DNA of 64,000 nucleotides from Macrostomum lignano (Eukaryota): NCBI GenBank assembly GCA_002269645.1, contig NIVC01002921.1, positions 62,001 to 126,000 of the forward strand, read 5' to 3'. Shown piece by piece: positions 26,615 to 39,656 of this stretch (position 1 is its first letter; each line of letters starts with the position of its first letter). The notes under the pieces were generated by a model. It saw only the letters and a program-made list of their open reading frames with translations, ran no database searches and was not told where the DNA came from. The position numbers and the translations under genes were made by a program.

Positions 26615-27390
26615 ATAAGGTAGATAAGGTAGAGGCAAGAAGTAGATAAGGATAAGGCTGAAGGGAGACAGGTAGATAAGGCTGAAGGGAGACAGGTAGA
26701 TAAGGCTGAAGGGAGAGAGGTAAATAAGGTTGAAGGGAGAGAGGTAAGTAAGGTAGAGGGGAGAGAGGTAGATAAGGCTGAAGGGAGAGAGGTAGATAAG
26801 GTTGAAGATAAGGTTGAAGGGAGAGAGGTAAATAAGGTAGAGGGGAGAGAGGTAGATAAGTTTGAAGGGAGAGAGGTAGATAAGGTAGAGGCGAGAGAGG
26901 TAGATAAGGTAGATGGGGAACAGGTAGGTAAGGCTGAAGGGAGAGAGGTAGATAGGTAGAGGTGAGAGAGGTAGATAAGGTTGAAGATAAGGTTGAAGGG
27001 AGAGAGGTAAATAAGGTAGAGGTGAGAGAGGTAGATAAGGTTGAAGGGAGAGAGGTAGATAAGGTTGAAGGGAGAGAGGTGAATAAGGTAGAGGTGAGAG
27101 AGGTAGATAAGGTTGAAGGGAGAGAGGTAGATAAGGTTGAAGGGAGAGAGGTGAATAAGGTAGAGGTGAGAGAGGTAGATAAGGTTGAAGGGAGAGAGGT
27201 AGATAAGGTAGAGGGGAGAGAGGTAGATAGGTTTGAAGGGAGAGAGGTAGATAAGGTAGAGGTGAGAGAGGTAGATAAGGTAGAGGGGAAAGAGGTAGAT
27301 AGGGTAAAGGGGAGAGAGGTAGATAGGGTAGAGGGGAGAGAGGTAGATAGGGTAGAGGGGAGAGAGGTAGATATGGTAGGAGGGAGGGAC
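26615..27390. repeat. 24-bp GA-rich minisatellite (gataaggtagaggggagagaggta)n downstream of TMCO4
   Basis: Direct tandem repeats. Confidence 0.88.
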
Positions 27391-28149
27391 TGGGAAGAAA
27401 AGGAGAGTTTAATCCCACAGTCCACAAGTTCCTCTTTTATCTAGTTAGCTTTAAACGTTGTTACTTTACTTTCCAGTAGCCTGAATGGCTGAATGAATAA
27501 TTCAGATAATTGAGTTCTGTTGATTAATTATTTAAATTTCATTCGGCTAATTAGCATATTTTTGTTTAACTGCTTGTCTGTCTCGTAGTTTCTAAGTCCG
27601 CTTTTTTAATTTGTCGCATTATTTTTCCTCGCATCATAGTTATCCAAGAATTTTACCATAACTGTTATTTGCTTACACATAAACATTTCCTCAGAGTGTA
27701 ATAAAGTCTTGTCCGTTGATTTTGTGATATTTTATGCCTAATGCTTTGCTAATTTTCCCGCAGAGCACAGCTGTTCGTTCAAGGATTTTTCTGTTTATTT
27801 TATGTTCCAATTTTGCTACTGGCATCGCCGGGGTGTGGGCAGTAGTGCGATGCGAATATTCATATCAGATGGCAAATTCTGTTGTACATGGCTTTTGGTT
27901 GTACTGCTCGCACAGTGAGCCTGGCCTTCCGCACTGTGTCAGTTAAATATTACTGCAAGTAGCTATTTTTGGCTAGTTTTAAATATCAAATTGCCAATAA
28001 TTATTTTTTAAGCGCTTCTGTGCCGTGTCTCTTTTGCTGCTCAGAATGCAAGCATAAATGATGGATTTGTGTCCGTGGTAGACTTTTTTGTATCGTTCAT
28101 TGTCCAAATAATTATTCAATATTCAATTACTATGGGTCGCTTTGACAAG

Positions 28150-28490
28150 CTCAAAACTTCATGAGTTCGAACTTTATGAGCTCAAAACTTCATGAGTTCG
28201 AACTTTATGAGCTCAAAACTTCATGAGTTCGAACTTTATGAGCTCAAAACTTCATGAGTTCGAACTTTATGAGCTCAAAACTTCATGAGCTCGAAACTTC
28301 ATAAGCTCGAAACTTCATGAGCTCAAAACTTTGAGTTTTTGAACTTCATGAGCTTAAAGCTTAATGAGCTTAAAACTTCTTCATGAGCTCAAAACTTTGA
28401 GTTTTTGAACTTCATGAGCTCAAAGCTTAATGAGCTTAAAACTTCTTCATGAGCTCAAAACTTCATGATCTCAAAACTTAATGAGCTCCA
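28150..28490. repeat. 31-bp (15-16-bp subunit) repeat gagctcaaaacttcatgagttcgaactttat
   Basis: Direct tandem repeats. Confidence 0.85.
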
Positions 28491-28972
28491 ATATTCGGAA
28501 ATTCTTGTTAAAGTTTTGATTTTGTTAAGCGACCTCCGAATCGTGGCTTTTTGTGGTATATTAAATTAAATTTTTTTGCCCTGCCGTCAGCTGTTTTTCT
28601 GTTAATTTTTTTATTCTGTAAAGTTGAGATTCCACTCTCTTGAGTTGAGTTGAGCGGCGTCTAAGGCAACTCCCATTTTTGGAAGTTTTTCCTCAACTTC
28701 TTAAATTTCCTCGGGAAACCGGATCGCCCTGCCAGATTGCCGCAATCGCGGAAATGCGAAACTTATTTGAGGCAGTGAAAGACCTTTATTGGTCTGGCTT
28801 AACCTTTGCTTTTTGAGACCTGTCCAACTTGTCAAACGCAGCGGTTGACAGCGTGGGCATCTGCCAACCAGGTGGCCTGACAACGGGGATAAATATCCCC
28901 ATTCGGCCTATCGGCCCCTCCCTTCCAGTATCGCAGGCCCAACTCTCAGCATAGCCATTCAGACAGAGCGCC

Positions 28973-29386
28973 ATGATTTCCCAGCCTCTACTTGCTCTTC
29001 TTCTAGCCGTAGCTGCGGCACTTATCCCCAGTCCAGTTGCTATGGCAACCGCGGCCGAGCCGGTCTGCCTGTCCGCCCAGGCCCTGGCCTGGCCCCGGAC
29101 CCTCGGCGGGGCGCCGGACCCGCTGCGCACCTACAAGATGAGCCCGCACTCTGACGGCACCTGCCACTTCACTCTGCTCCCGGACTCGGGGGACCCCAGC
29201 CTGAAGTACCTGGTCCGCATGGACCCGGCCGGCCGCAACCCGGCCGAGTGCCGCAGGTGCGTGGCCAGCGGCTGCGAGCTGGTGACCCCGCCGAGCCAGA
29301 CGGAGCCCGGCTGCGTGTACCGGTTGAGCAACTCTTGCCAGTTTGTGAGCGTCCGGGCCAGCGACCCGAGCCAGGCTTGTCCCTGA
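28973..29386 (+). CDS. Small secreted 8-cysteine protein, paralog 1 (137 aa, single exon)
   Basis: ATG plus hydrophobic signal peptide (LLALLLAVAAALIP), GC-rich coding-like codons, 8 Cys, colinear with the neighbouring paralog. Confidence 0.85.
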   Translation: MISQPLLALLLAVAAALIPSPVAMATAAEPVCLSAQALAWPRTLGGAPDPLRTYKMSPHSDGTCHFTLLPDSGDPSLKYLVRMDPAGRNPAECRRCVASGCELVTPPSQTEPGCVYRLSNSCQFVSVRASDPSQACP

Positions 29387-29815
29387 GCACACCTGGATTA
29401 GAAACCCACTGAGCGCTGCAATCTTAACCATGCTGTGTATTGCATCATTGAAATACAAGATTCTAAATATAGCTATCTATGCTGTTACTTTGGTGTACTG
29501 TTTAATAAGCCTGCTAAATCTGCTCTACTAACTTTAAAACCGAAAGCACTGAGAGACTATGGCTCGTATTTCTGCAAAAAAACGGAGCAAAATTTTAAGC
29601 CGCGCTCGCTTTGCTCAAAGATCAAAGCAAATGTGAGAGAGTGGCATTGGTAACTGGGTATGGCCGCAGCGCCAGCTGCCAACCAGATGCGGTCCTCTAC
29701 TAGAGGCACTTCAGAAATAAATATCTTCACATTTTTTTAGAAATTTTACTTCAACTCGCGAATCGAACAAGTTGAGAGAGAGAGAAACTTTTTTAAAAAA
29801 TTAGCCAAGCCAAAA

Positions 29816-30760
29816 ATGATGCACTGCTCAGCTCTGCTCGTCTCCTTGCTGCTCCTGGCCGCTGTGGCAGCCCAGCCTGGCGGCAGGAAGCACGAGGAGC
29901 AAGCCTGCCTCTCCGTGCGCGCCATCGCCCTACCCCGGTTCATCGGCGGCCGGAAGGACAACGTGGCGTTCTACGTGAAAAGTCTGCAGTCCGACGGCAG
30001 CTGCCAGTTCACTTTGATGTCGCCGACAGCCAAGTATCTAGTTGAACTGGACGAATCCAAGTGAGTAGGCTGGCGTGTTGGTTGGGGGATTTTGGGAGCT
30101 TGAATCAATAATAAAGTACATGTACATATAGATGTGCGAGACTATAAAATTATGAGGTAAATAGCCAGGAATGAGGTTGATAGACAAATGCTAGACAGAG
30201 AAATGAGGTTATGCAGACAGACAAGTGAGGTAGACAGACAGAAGTGGAGGTAGATAGACAAAAGTGAGTTAGATAGACAGAAGTGAGGTAGACAGACTGA
30301 AGTGGAGGTAGATTGACAGAAGTGAGGTAGATTGACAGAAGTGAGGTAGATAGACAGAAGTGAAGTAGGTAGATAGAGAAGTGAGGTAGATAGAGAAGTG
30401 AGGTAGATAGAGAAGTGAGGTAGATAGAGAAGTGAGGTAGACAGAGAAATGAGGTAGTTAGATAGAAAAGTGGAGGTAGACAGACAGATAAGTGAGGTAG
30501 CTAGACAAATAAGTGAGACAGCTAGACAGAAGTGTAGGTAGACAGACAGTAAGCTAACACTGCTCAGCACTGCTCATCCGCCATCCGGACACAGGAGGCA
30601 CCCTGCCGTCTGCCGCCGCTGCAAAACGCAAGGCAACGGGGAAAGCTGTTCGCCCGTGGTTCCTGAGCAGCCGGCGGCCGAGGGCTGCGCCTACAAGCTG
30701 AGCAACTTCTGTGAGCTGGTCAGCGTCAAGTCCAACGACCAGTCCAAGGCCTGTCCTTGA
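29816..30760 (+). CDS. Small secreted 8-cysteine protein, paralog 2; exons 29816-30060, 30595-30760
   Basis: Signal peptide; phase-2 intron (AA|gtgag...acag|G). Exon 2 reads RHPAVCRRCKTQGNGESCSPVVPEQPAAEGCAYKLSNFCELVSVKSNDQSKACP*, which aligns with the C-terminus of paralog 1. AATAAA at ~30840. Confidence 0.85.
30175..30550. repeat. ~17-bp repeat (gaagtgaggtagataga)n in the intron of 8-Cys paralog 2
   Basis: Direct tandem repeats. Confidence 0.8.
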
Positions 30761-30954
30761 GGCAGCTGGTGGAGGCCTTTTGTACTGAACCGGTTGACTT
30801 GTGTGGGGACCTGAGGGAACTGAGGGATCTTTGAGGCGCAATAAAAGTCAATCGAAGCAAAACCGACCCGAATTTCTTGTTCTGCTTACATGGGCTTCAT
30901 AAAACTCGAAATGATATCCGAGCTTGCATTTGTAGTTGATTTTACATATCGCTG

Positions 30955-33900
30955 CCTCAGTTGCCAACTCATGAAAGACACAGCTGCCACCTCATGAAAG
31001 ACACAGCTGCCAACTCATCAAAGACACAGCTGCCAACTCATGAAAGACACAGCTGCCAACTCATGAGAGACACAGCTGCCAACTCATGAGAGACACAGCT
31101 GCAAACTCATGAGAGACACAGCTGCCAACTCATGAAAGACACAGCTGCCAACTCATCAAAGACACAGCTGCCAACTCATGAAAGACACAGCTGCAAACTC
31201 ATGAAAGACACAGCTGCCAACTCATCAAAGACACAGCTGCCAACTCATGAAAGACACAGCTGCCAACTCATGAAAGACACAGCTGCAAACTCATGAAAGA
31301 CACAGCTGCCAACTCATCAAAGACACAGCTGCCAACTCATGAAAGACACAGCTGCCAACTCATGAAAGACACAGCTGCCAACTCATGAAAGACACAGCTG
31401 CAAACTCATAAGAGACACAGCTGCCAACTCATGAAAGACACAGCTGCCAACTCATGAAAGACACAGCTGCCAACTCATGAAAGACACAGCTGCCACCTCA
31501 TGAAAGACACAGCTGCAAACTCATGAGAGACACAGCTGCCAACTCATGAGAGACACAGCTGCCAACTCATGAAAGACACAGCTGCAAACTCATGAGAGAC
31601 ACAGCTGCCAACTCATGAGAGACACAGCTGCCACCTCATGAAAGACACAGCTGCCACCTCATGAAAGACACAGCTGCCACCTCATGAAAGACACAGCTGC
31701 CAACTCATGAAAGACACAGCTGCCAACTCATGAAAGACACAGCTGCCAACTCATCAAAGACACAGCTGCCAACTCATGAAAGACACAGCTGCCAACTCAT
31801 GAAAGACACAGCTGCCAACTCATGAAAGACACAGCTGCCAACTCATGAGAGACACAGCTGCAAACTCATGAGAGACACAGCTGCCAACTCATGAGAGACA
31901 CAGCTGCAAACTCATGAGAGACACAGCTGCCAACTCATGAGAGACACAGCTGCCAACTCATGAAAGACACAGCTGCCAACTCATGAAAGACACAGCTGCC
32001 AACTCATCAAAGACACAGCTGCCAACTCATGAGAGACACAGCTGCCAACTCATGAAAGACACAGCTGCCAACTCATGAAAGACACAGCTGCCAACTCATC
32101 AAAGACACAGCTGCCAACTCATGAAAGACACAGCTGCAAACTCATGAGAGACACAGCTGCAAACTCATGAAAGACACAGCTGCCAACTCATGAAAGACAC
32201 AGCTGCCAACTCATGAAAGACACAGCTGCCAACTCATGAAAGACACAGCTGCCAACTCATGAAAGACACAGCTGCAAACTCATGAGAGACACAGCTGCCA
32301 ACTCATGAAAGACACTGCTGCCAACTCATGAGAGACACAGCTGCCAACTCATGAGAGACACAGCTGCCAACTCATGAGAGACACAGCTGCCAACTCATGA
32401 AAGACACAGCTGCCAACTCATGAAAGACACAGCTGCCAACTCATGAAAGACACAGCTGCCAACTCATGAAAGACACAGCTGCCAACTCATGAAAGACACA
32501 GCTGCCAACTCATCAAAGACACAGCTGCCAACTCATGAAAGACACAGCTGCAACTCATGAGAGACACAGCTGCCAACTCATGAAAGACACAGCTGCCAAC
32601 TCATGAAAGACACAGCTGCCAACTCATGAAAGACACAGCTGCCAACTCATGAGAGACACAGCTGCCAACTCATGAAAGACACAGCTGCAAACTCATGAGA
32701 GACACAGCTGCCAACTCATGAGAGACACAGCTGCCAACTCATGAGAGACACAGCTGCAAACTCATGAGAGACACAGCTGCCAACTCATGAGAGACACAGC
32801 TGCCAACTCATGAAAGACACAGCTGCCAACTCATGAAAGACACAGCTGCCAACTCATCAAAGACACAGCTGCCAACTCATGAAAGACACAGCTGCCAACT
32901 CATCAAAGACACAGCTGCCAACTCATGAAAGACACAGCTGCCAACTCATAAGAGACACAGCTGCCAACTCATGAAAGACACAGCTGCCAACTCATGAAAG
33001 ACACTGCTGCCAACTCATGAGAGACACAGCTGCAAACTCATGAGAGACACAGCTGCCAACTCATGAGAGACACAGCTGCCAACTCATGAAAGACACAGCT
33101 GCCAACTCATGAAAGACACAGCTGCCAACTCATCAAAGACACAGCTGCCAACTCATGAAAGACACAGCTGCCAACTCATGAAAGACACAGCTGCAAACTC
33201 ATGAGAGACACAGCTGCCAACTCATGAAAGACACAGCTGCAAACTCATGAAAGACACAGCTGCCAACTCATGAGAGACACAGCTGCCAACTCATGAAAGA
33301 CACAGCTGCCAACTCATGAAAGACACAGCTGCCAACTCATCAAAGACACAGCTGCCAACTCATGAGAGACACAGCTGCCAACTCATGAGAGACACAGCTG
33401 CCAACTCATGAGAGACACAGCTGCCAACTCATGAAAGACACAGCTGCCAACTCATGAAAGACACAGCTGCAAACTCATGAAAGACACAGCTGCCAACTCA
33501 TCAAAGACACAGCTGCCAACTCATGAAAGACACAGCTGCAAACTCATAAGAGACACAGCTGCCAACTCATGAAAGACACAGCTGCCAACTCATGAAAGAC
33601 ACAGCTGCCAACTCATGAGAGACACAGCTGCAAACTCATGAGAGACACAGCTGCCAACTCATGAGAGACACAGCTGCCAACTCATCAAAGACACAGCTGC
33701 CAACTCATCAAAGACACAGCTGCCAACTCATCAAAGACACAGCTGCCAACTCATGAAAGACACAGCTGCAAACTCATAAGAGACACAGCTGCCAACTCAT
33801 GAAAGACACTGCTGCCAACTCATGAGAGACACAGCTGCAAACTCATGAGAGACACAGCTGCCAACTCATGAGAGACACAGCTGCCAACTCATGAAAGACA

Positions 33901-36900
33901 CAGCTGCCAACTCATGAAAGACACAGCTGCCAACTCATGAAAGACACAGCTGCCAACTCATGAAAGACACAGCTGCCAACTCATGAAAGACACAGCTGCC
34001 AACTCATCAAAGACACAGCTGCCAACTCATGAAAGACACAGCTGCAAACTCATGAGAGACACAGCTGCCAACTCATGAAAGACACAGCTGCCAACTCATG
34101 AAAGACACAGCTGCCAACTCATGAAAGACACAGCTGCCAACTCATGAGAGACACAGCTGCCAACTCATGAAAGACACAGCTGCAAACTCATGAGAGACAC
34201 AGCTGCAAACTCATGAGAGACACAGCTGCCAACTCATGAGAGACACAGCTGCAAACTCATGAGAGACACAGCTGCCAACTCATGAGAGACACAGCTGCCA
34301 ACTCATGAAAGACACAGCTGCCAACTCATGAAAGACACAGCTGCCAACTCATCAAAGACACAGCTGCCAACTCATGAAAGACACAGCTGCCAACTCATCA
34401 AAGACACAGCTGCCAACTCATGAAAGACACAGCTGCCAACTCATGAGAGACACAGCTGCCAACTCATGAAAGACACAGCTGCCAACTCATGAAAGACACT
34501 GCTGCCAACTCATGAGAGACACAGCTGCAAACTCATGAGAGACACAGCTGCCAACTCATGAGAGACACAGCTGCCAACTCATGAAAGACACAGCTGCCAA
34601 CTCATGAAAGACACAGCTGCCAACTCATCAAAGACACAGCTGCCAACTCATGAAAGACACAGCTGCCAACTCATGAAAGACACAGCTGCAAACTCATGAG
34701 AGACACAGCTGCCAACTCATGAAAGACACAGCTGCAAACTCATGAAAGACACAGCTGCCAACTCATGAGAGACACAGCTGCCAACTCATGAAAGACACAG
34801 CTGCCAACTCATGAAAGACACAGCTGCCAACTCATCAAAGACACAGCTGCCAACTCATGAGAGACACAGCTGCCACCTCATGAGAGACACAGCTGCCAAC
34901 TCATGAGAGACACAGCTGCCAACTCATGAAAGACACAGCTGCCAACTCATGAAAGACACAGCTGCAAACTCATGAAAGACACAGCTGCCAACTCATCAAA
35001 GACACAGCTGCCAACTCATGAAAGACACAGCTGCAAACTCATAAGAGACACAGCTGCCAACTCATGAAAGACACAGCTGCCAACTCATGAAAGACACAGC
35101 TGCCAACTCATGAGAGACACAGCTGCAAACTCATGAGAGACACAGCTGCCAACTCATGAGAGACACAGCTGCCAACTCATGAAAGACACAGCTGCCAACT
35201 CATGAAAGACACAGCTGCCAACTCATGAAAGACACAGCTGCCAACTCATGAAAGACACAGCTGCCAACTCATGAGAGACACAGCTGCAAACTCATGAGAG
35301 ACACAGCTGCCAACTCATGAGAGACACAGCTGCCAACTCATGAAAGACACAGCTGCCAACTCATGAAAGACACAGCTGCAAACTCATGAAAGACACAGCT
35401 GCCAACTCATCAAAGACACAGCTGCCAACTCATGAAAGACACAGCTGCAAACTCATAAGAGACACAGCTGCCAACTCATGAAAGACACAGCTGCCACCTC
35501 ATGAAAGACACAGCTGCCAACTCATGAAAGACACAGCTGCCACCTCATGAAAGACACAGCTGCCAACTCATGAAAGACACAGCTGCCAACTCATCAAAGA
35601 CACAGCTGCCAACTCATGAAAGACACAGCTGCCAACTCATGAAAGACACAGCTGCCAACTCATGAAAGACACAGCTGCAAACTCATGAGAGACACAGCTG
35701 CCAACTCATGAAAGACACAGCTGCCAACTCATGAGAGACACAGCTGCCAACTCATGAAAGACACAGCTGCCAACTCATCAAAGACACAGCTGCCAACTCA
35801 TCAAAGACACAGCTGCCAACTCATCAAAGACACAGCTGCCAACTCATGAAAGACACAGCTGCAAACTCATGAGAGACACAGCTGCCAACTCATGAAAGAC
35901 ACAGCTGCCAACTCATGAAAGACACAGCTGCCAACTCATGAAAGACACAGCTGCCAACTCATGAGAGACACAGCTGCCAACTCATGAAAGACACAGCTGC
36001 AAACTCATGAGAGACACAGCTGCCAACTCATGAGAGACACAGCTGCCAACTCATGAGAGACGCAGCTGCCAACTCATGAGAGACACAGCTGCCAACTCAT
36101 GAGAGACACAGCTGCCAACTCATGAAAGACACAGCTGCCAACTCATGAAAGACACAGCTGCCAACTCATGAAAGACACAGCTGCAAACTCATGAGAGACA
36201 CAGCTGCCAACTCATGAAAGACACAGCTGCAAACTCATAAGAGACACAGCTGCCAACTCATGAAAGACACAGCTGCAAACTCATGAAAGACACAGCTGCC
36301 AACTCATCAAAGACACAGCTGCCAACTCATGAAAGACACAGCTGCAAACTCATGAGAGACACAGCTGCCAACTCATGAAAGACACAGCTGCAAACTCATA
36401 AGAGACACAGCTGCCAACTCATGAGAGACACAGCTGCCAACTCATGAAAGACACAGCTGCCAACTCATGAAAGACACAGCTGCCACCTCATGAAAGACAC
36501 AGCTGCAAACTCATGAGAGACACAGCTGCCAACTCATGAGAGACACAGCTGCCAACTCATGAAAGACACAGCTGCAAACTCATGAGAGACACAGCTGCCA
36601 ACTCATGAGAGACACAGCTGCCACCTCATGAAAGACACAGCTGCCACCTCATGAAAGACACAGCTGCCACCTCATGAAAGACACAGCTGCCAACTCATGA
36701 AAGACACAGCTGCCACCTCATGAAAGACACAGCTGCCAACTCATGAAAGACACAGCTGCCAACTCATGAAAGACACAGCTGCCAACTCATGAAAGACACA
36801 GCTGCAAACTCATGAGAGACACAGCTGCCAACTCATGAAAGACACAGCTGCCAACTCATGAAAGACACAGCTGCCAACTCATGAAAGACACAGCTGCCAA

Positions 36901-36945
36901 CTCATGAAAGACACAGCTGCCAACTCATGAAAGACACAGCTGCCG
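30955..36945. repeat. 6-kb satellite, 23-bp unit (gctgccaactcatgaaagacaca)n, ~260 units
   Basis: Direct tandem repeats with a few recurring variant units. Confidence 0.97.
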
Positions 36946-38789
36946 TAGGATTACTTAGCATCTTTATTTTAAAAACTATATGGTAAAGTTTTATAATTAC
37001 AACTTGCGGTACGATCTACTAACGAACGTAAAACGCATAGTAGTATCACTAGTATTTTATTTAGCAACTGCCAGTTTCAGCACTTAGGCAATACTTGAAA
37101 ACCCAAATCCCACGCATCCTTATTAGTTAGCAGGTGTTGGAGCTGTCGCTCTGCCTACAGCACAAGGAAGCAACAAAGAAGATTCTCAAGATGCTCAGGA
37201 GAAGAAATTGCAAAGGCCTGTGTGCCTCCGACATCAGCCACTCCCGGTTTGTTTGCATTGAGCAGTTCGGGCCGGAGCTAAAGACAGTTGAGCTCAGTCG
37301 TGCTCCAGCTCAGTGCCTGTCGTATGCCCCCCCCCCAATTTCATTTGTTCCACTTCTTTGCCTGCTCCTCATCCTCCTTGTCTCAGTGGGGGGGGGGTAC
37401 CTGCCACACTCACGTGGGCCCGCGTGTGCGCACGACTTTCTCCTTCGCAATGCTTCACTACAAAAGCGCGCTTAATTGCCTCAGAGGAGGCGGCGGCATC
37501 GCAGCCTCTCTCCTTGCTTCACCTGAGTCTGCTTTTTTATTCCGTCGTCCTTTTTTTCCTCCAGCACTCCTCTGTCGACTTTTACTCTGCAATAATTCTT
37601 GGCTGGTAGCCATGGCAGTTGATGAAGCACAGGTCGGAAGCTGCATGGTTAAGGCGGAGCTGGGGACTCGGGATCGGAAACGATATTGAAATGATTTAAA
37701 ATCTGGGAATTTCACCTGCGCTGCCGCTGGAGGAGGCTGCATGGGGCGGGACTGGTTTTTTTCTACAGCAGATGACGGAGTGGCTGAGACGCTGCAAGCG
37801 GGGAACAGCTGCCAGCCCCCTACGGCGATAACAAAGGCAGCTCCTTCCAGCACGACTCGCCTCAGTGACAGGAGAAGCGCTTTGAGGCTGGGAGGCTGGG
37901 GATGGCGGGAGCGGGGGCTGCAGCAGCTCAAGTGTGTTACCGGGGCTCCTGCGCCAGCCTTGCTGTGCCTGCATCTGTCAGGGAATGCTCTGGAACAGAA
38001 ACTGCTGCTGCTGCTGCAACGAGGGTCTCGCTTCCCTGCTGCATGCTCCTCTCTCTTCAAGTGCACTCGCGATTTTTTGCCGACGCCTGCTGACTGGCAG
38101 CTCGATGGGATTACAAAAACAAGCCTGACGCCTCCATGGCCCGATCCCATGCGGGGAAATTTTCCTAATCCAGCGTTTGAGAAGGCGTTGAGTCGGGGCG
38201 GGACCTGACAATGCCAGGAGCATTGGACTGGATTGTGAAATACTAGATTGCAATACTATCAGCAACCTTATAACCGCTGGCTGCTAGCAGTGCAATTGAT
38301 TATGGGATTTAGCATGTACGACTGATGCTCAGGTCGGGCAGCGGTGCCAGCATGCACATATATTATCCGCTATCAGACTGCCGCGGCGTCTCTGCTGCTG
38401 CCTGACGGCTGACTCGGGAAATGCGACACCCCGGCTTTGAGATGCCGCCAGCCCTCCTTCCCAATGCCTGCTAATCCGATTTTTGAACCATTTTTTCTCA
38501 ACTTGAATTTTAAACCCTCTTCTCCCTCAGAGAAGCAACAATTCTCTCTCAGATTTCTAATTGAATTTTCTGTGTGCCCTCCCTTTCCCTGCTCTCCTGT
38601 TTCACCTAGGCTGACTAATGACTGTGGCAAGCTTATATGTATATATATGTGTTATAGTGCTTATAATGCAGCCGGCAAATTTGGCGCCAATTCAAAATTG
38701 ACTAACACAAATTGGCACAGCAACCGACAGCTCAGCCGCAGCTATTGCGCGGCGCATCTGAAGGCTGCGTACGGCTGTTCAGTCCAAGG

Positions 38790-38965
38790 ACTGCATGGGG
38801 TCGCCGAACACAGCCTCAGTTACCCCAGCTAATGCTGGCAACCATTTTACAGCAATGCAGAGTTAAGTGTCTTGCTCAAGGACACAAATTGTTTCGAGTG
38901 GGTCGAGAATCGAACCCACGACCGCTCGTAAAAGTACACGCTTGGAGATCGGGAACTCTGTCTAA
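38790..38965 (-). mobile_element. tRNA-derived SINE-like element with CORE-like segment
   Basis: The minus strand has a B-box-like gggttcgattc followed by gtgtccttgagcaagacacttaac..ctgtaaaatgg, resembling the MIR/CORE-type SINE layout. Recognised from memory; boundaries approximate. Confidence 0.55.
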
Positions 38966-39324
38966 GTAGATATAGATAAGGAACAGTGCCCGTCGCTTTG
39001 CAAAGTCACGTGACGCAGTGAATTGCGTCACTGTGAAGCCAGCGAGATTGACGAAACAAGTCCGCTCTCTGTGTTTTTTATAATTATAACTTTAAGCGAA
39101 AATTTAATAAATTTTTACTTTACTTAAATCAGAAAGCGAAACATCATCCGAGACAATTGGACTGGGCACCAAACAAACAAATAACTTGTTGACTTTTCTG
39201 ATTGATTGACAGCATCACTGAACTGGACGGATCACAGATGCACAGGAGAGTTTTTAAGTACAATCAATACTCTCATTGTTAGTTGAGCTGATGACGGCAC
39301 TTTAAAATTATTAGTAGCCTACCT

Positions 39325-39525
39325 GACCTCCCCAGTCTCCCTGACCTCCCTGACCTCCTTGACCTCCTTGACCTCCCCGGACTCCCTGACCTTCCTGACC
39401 GATCCCTGACCTTCCTGACCTCCCTGACCTCCTCGACCTCCCTGACCTTCCTTGACCTCCTTGACCTCCCTGACCTCCTTGACCTCCTTGACCTCTCTGA
39501 TCTCCCTAACCTCCTAACCTCCCGG
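39325..39525. repeat. 9-bp repeat (tgacctccc)n
   Basis: Direct reading. Confidence 0.8.
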
Positions 39526-39656
39526 ACAATATCCTCACTTGTTCTCGACTCCTGCCTACTCTGCGATCTAAGACACTGATTAGAATAATCTTAATAGGTA
39601 AAAAACATGTTTACAACTTGCAAGCTAAGAATAAATACGGAAATGAAACTGTGTGT

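Noticed and set aside
18525-36945. Regular repeats that could be mistaken for CRISPR arrays
   Set aside because: No unique spacers, no cas genes, eukaryotic context.
37134-38208. Several overlapping ORFs (e.g. 37458-38150 -, 37741-38208 +)
   Set aside because: No recognisable domain and no consistent splice chain. They could be TE or gene fragments but cannot be supported.
39005-39014. GTCACGTGAC (CLEAR/USF-type palindrome)
   Set aside because: A single site with no identifiable downstream gene start.
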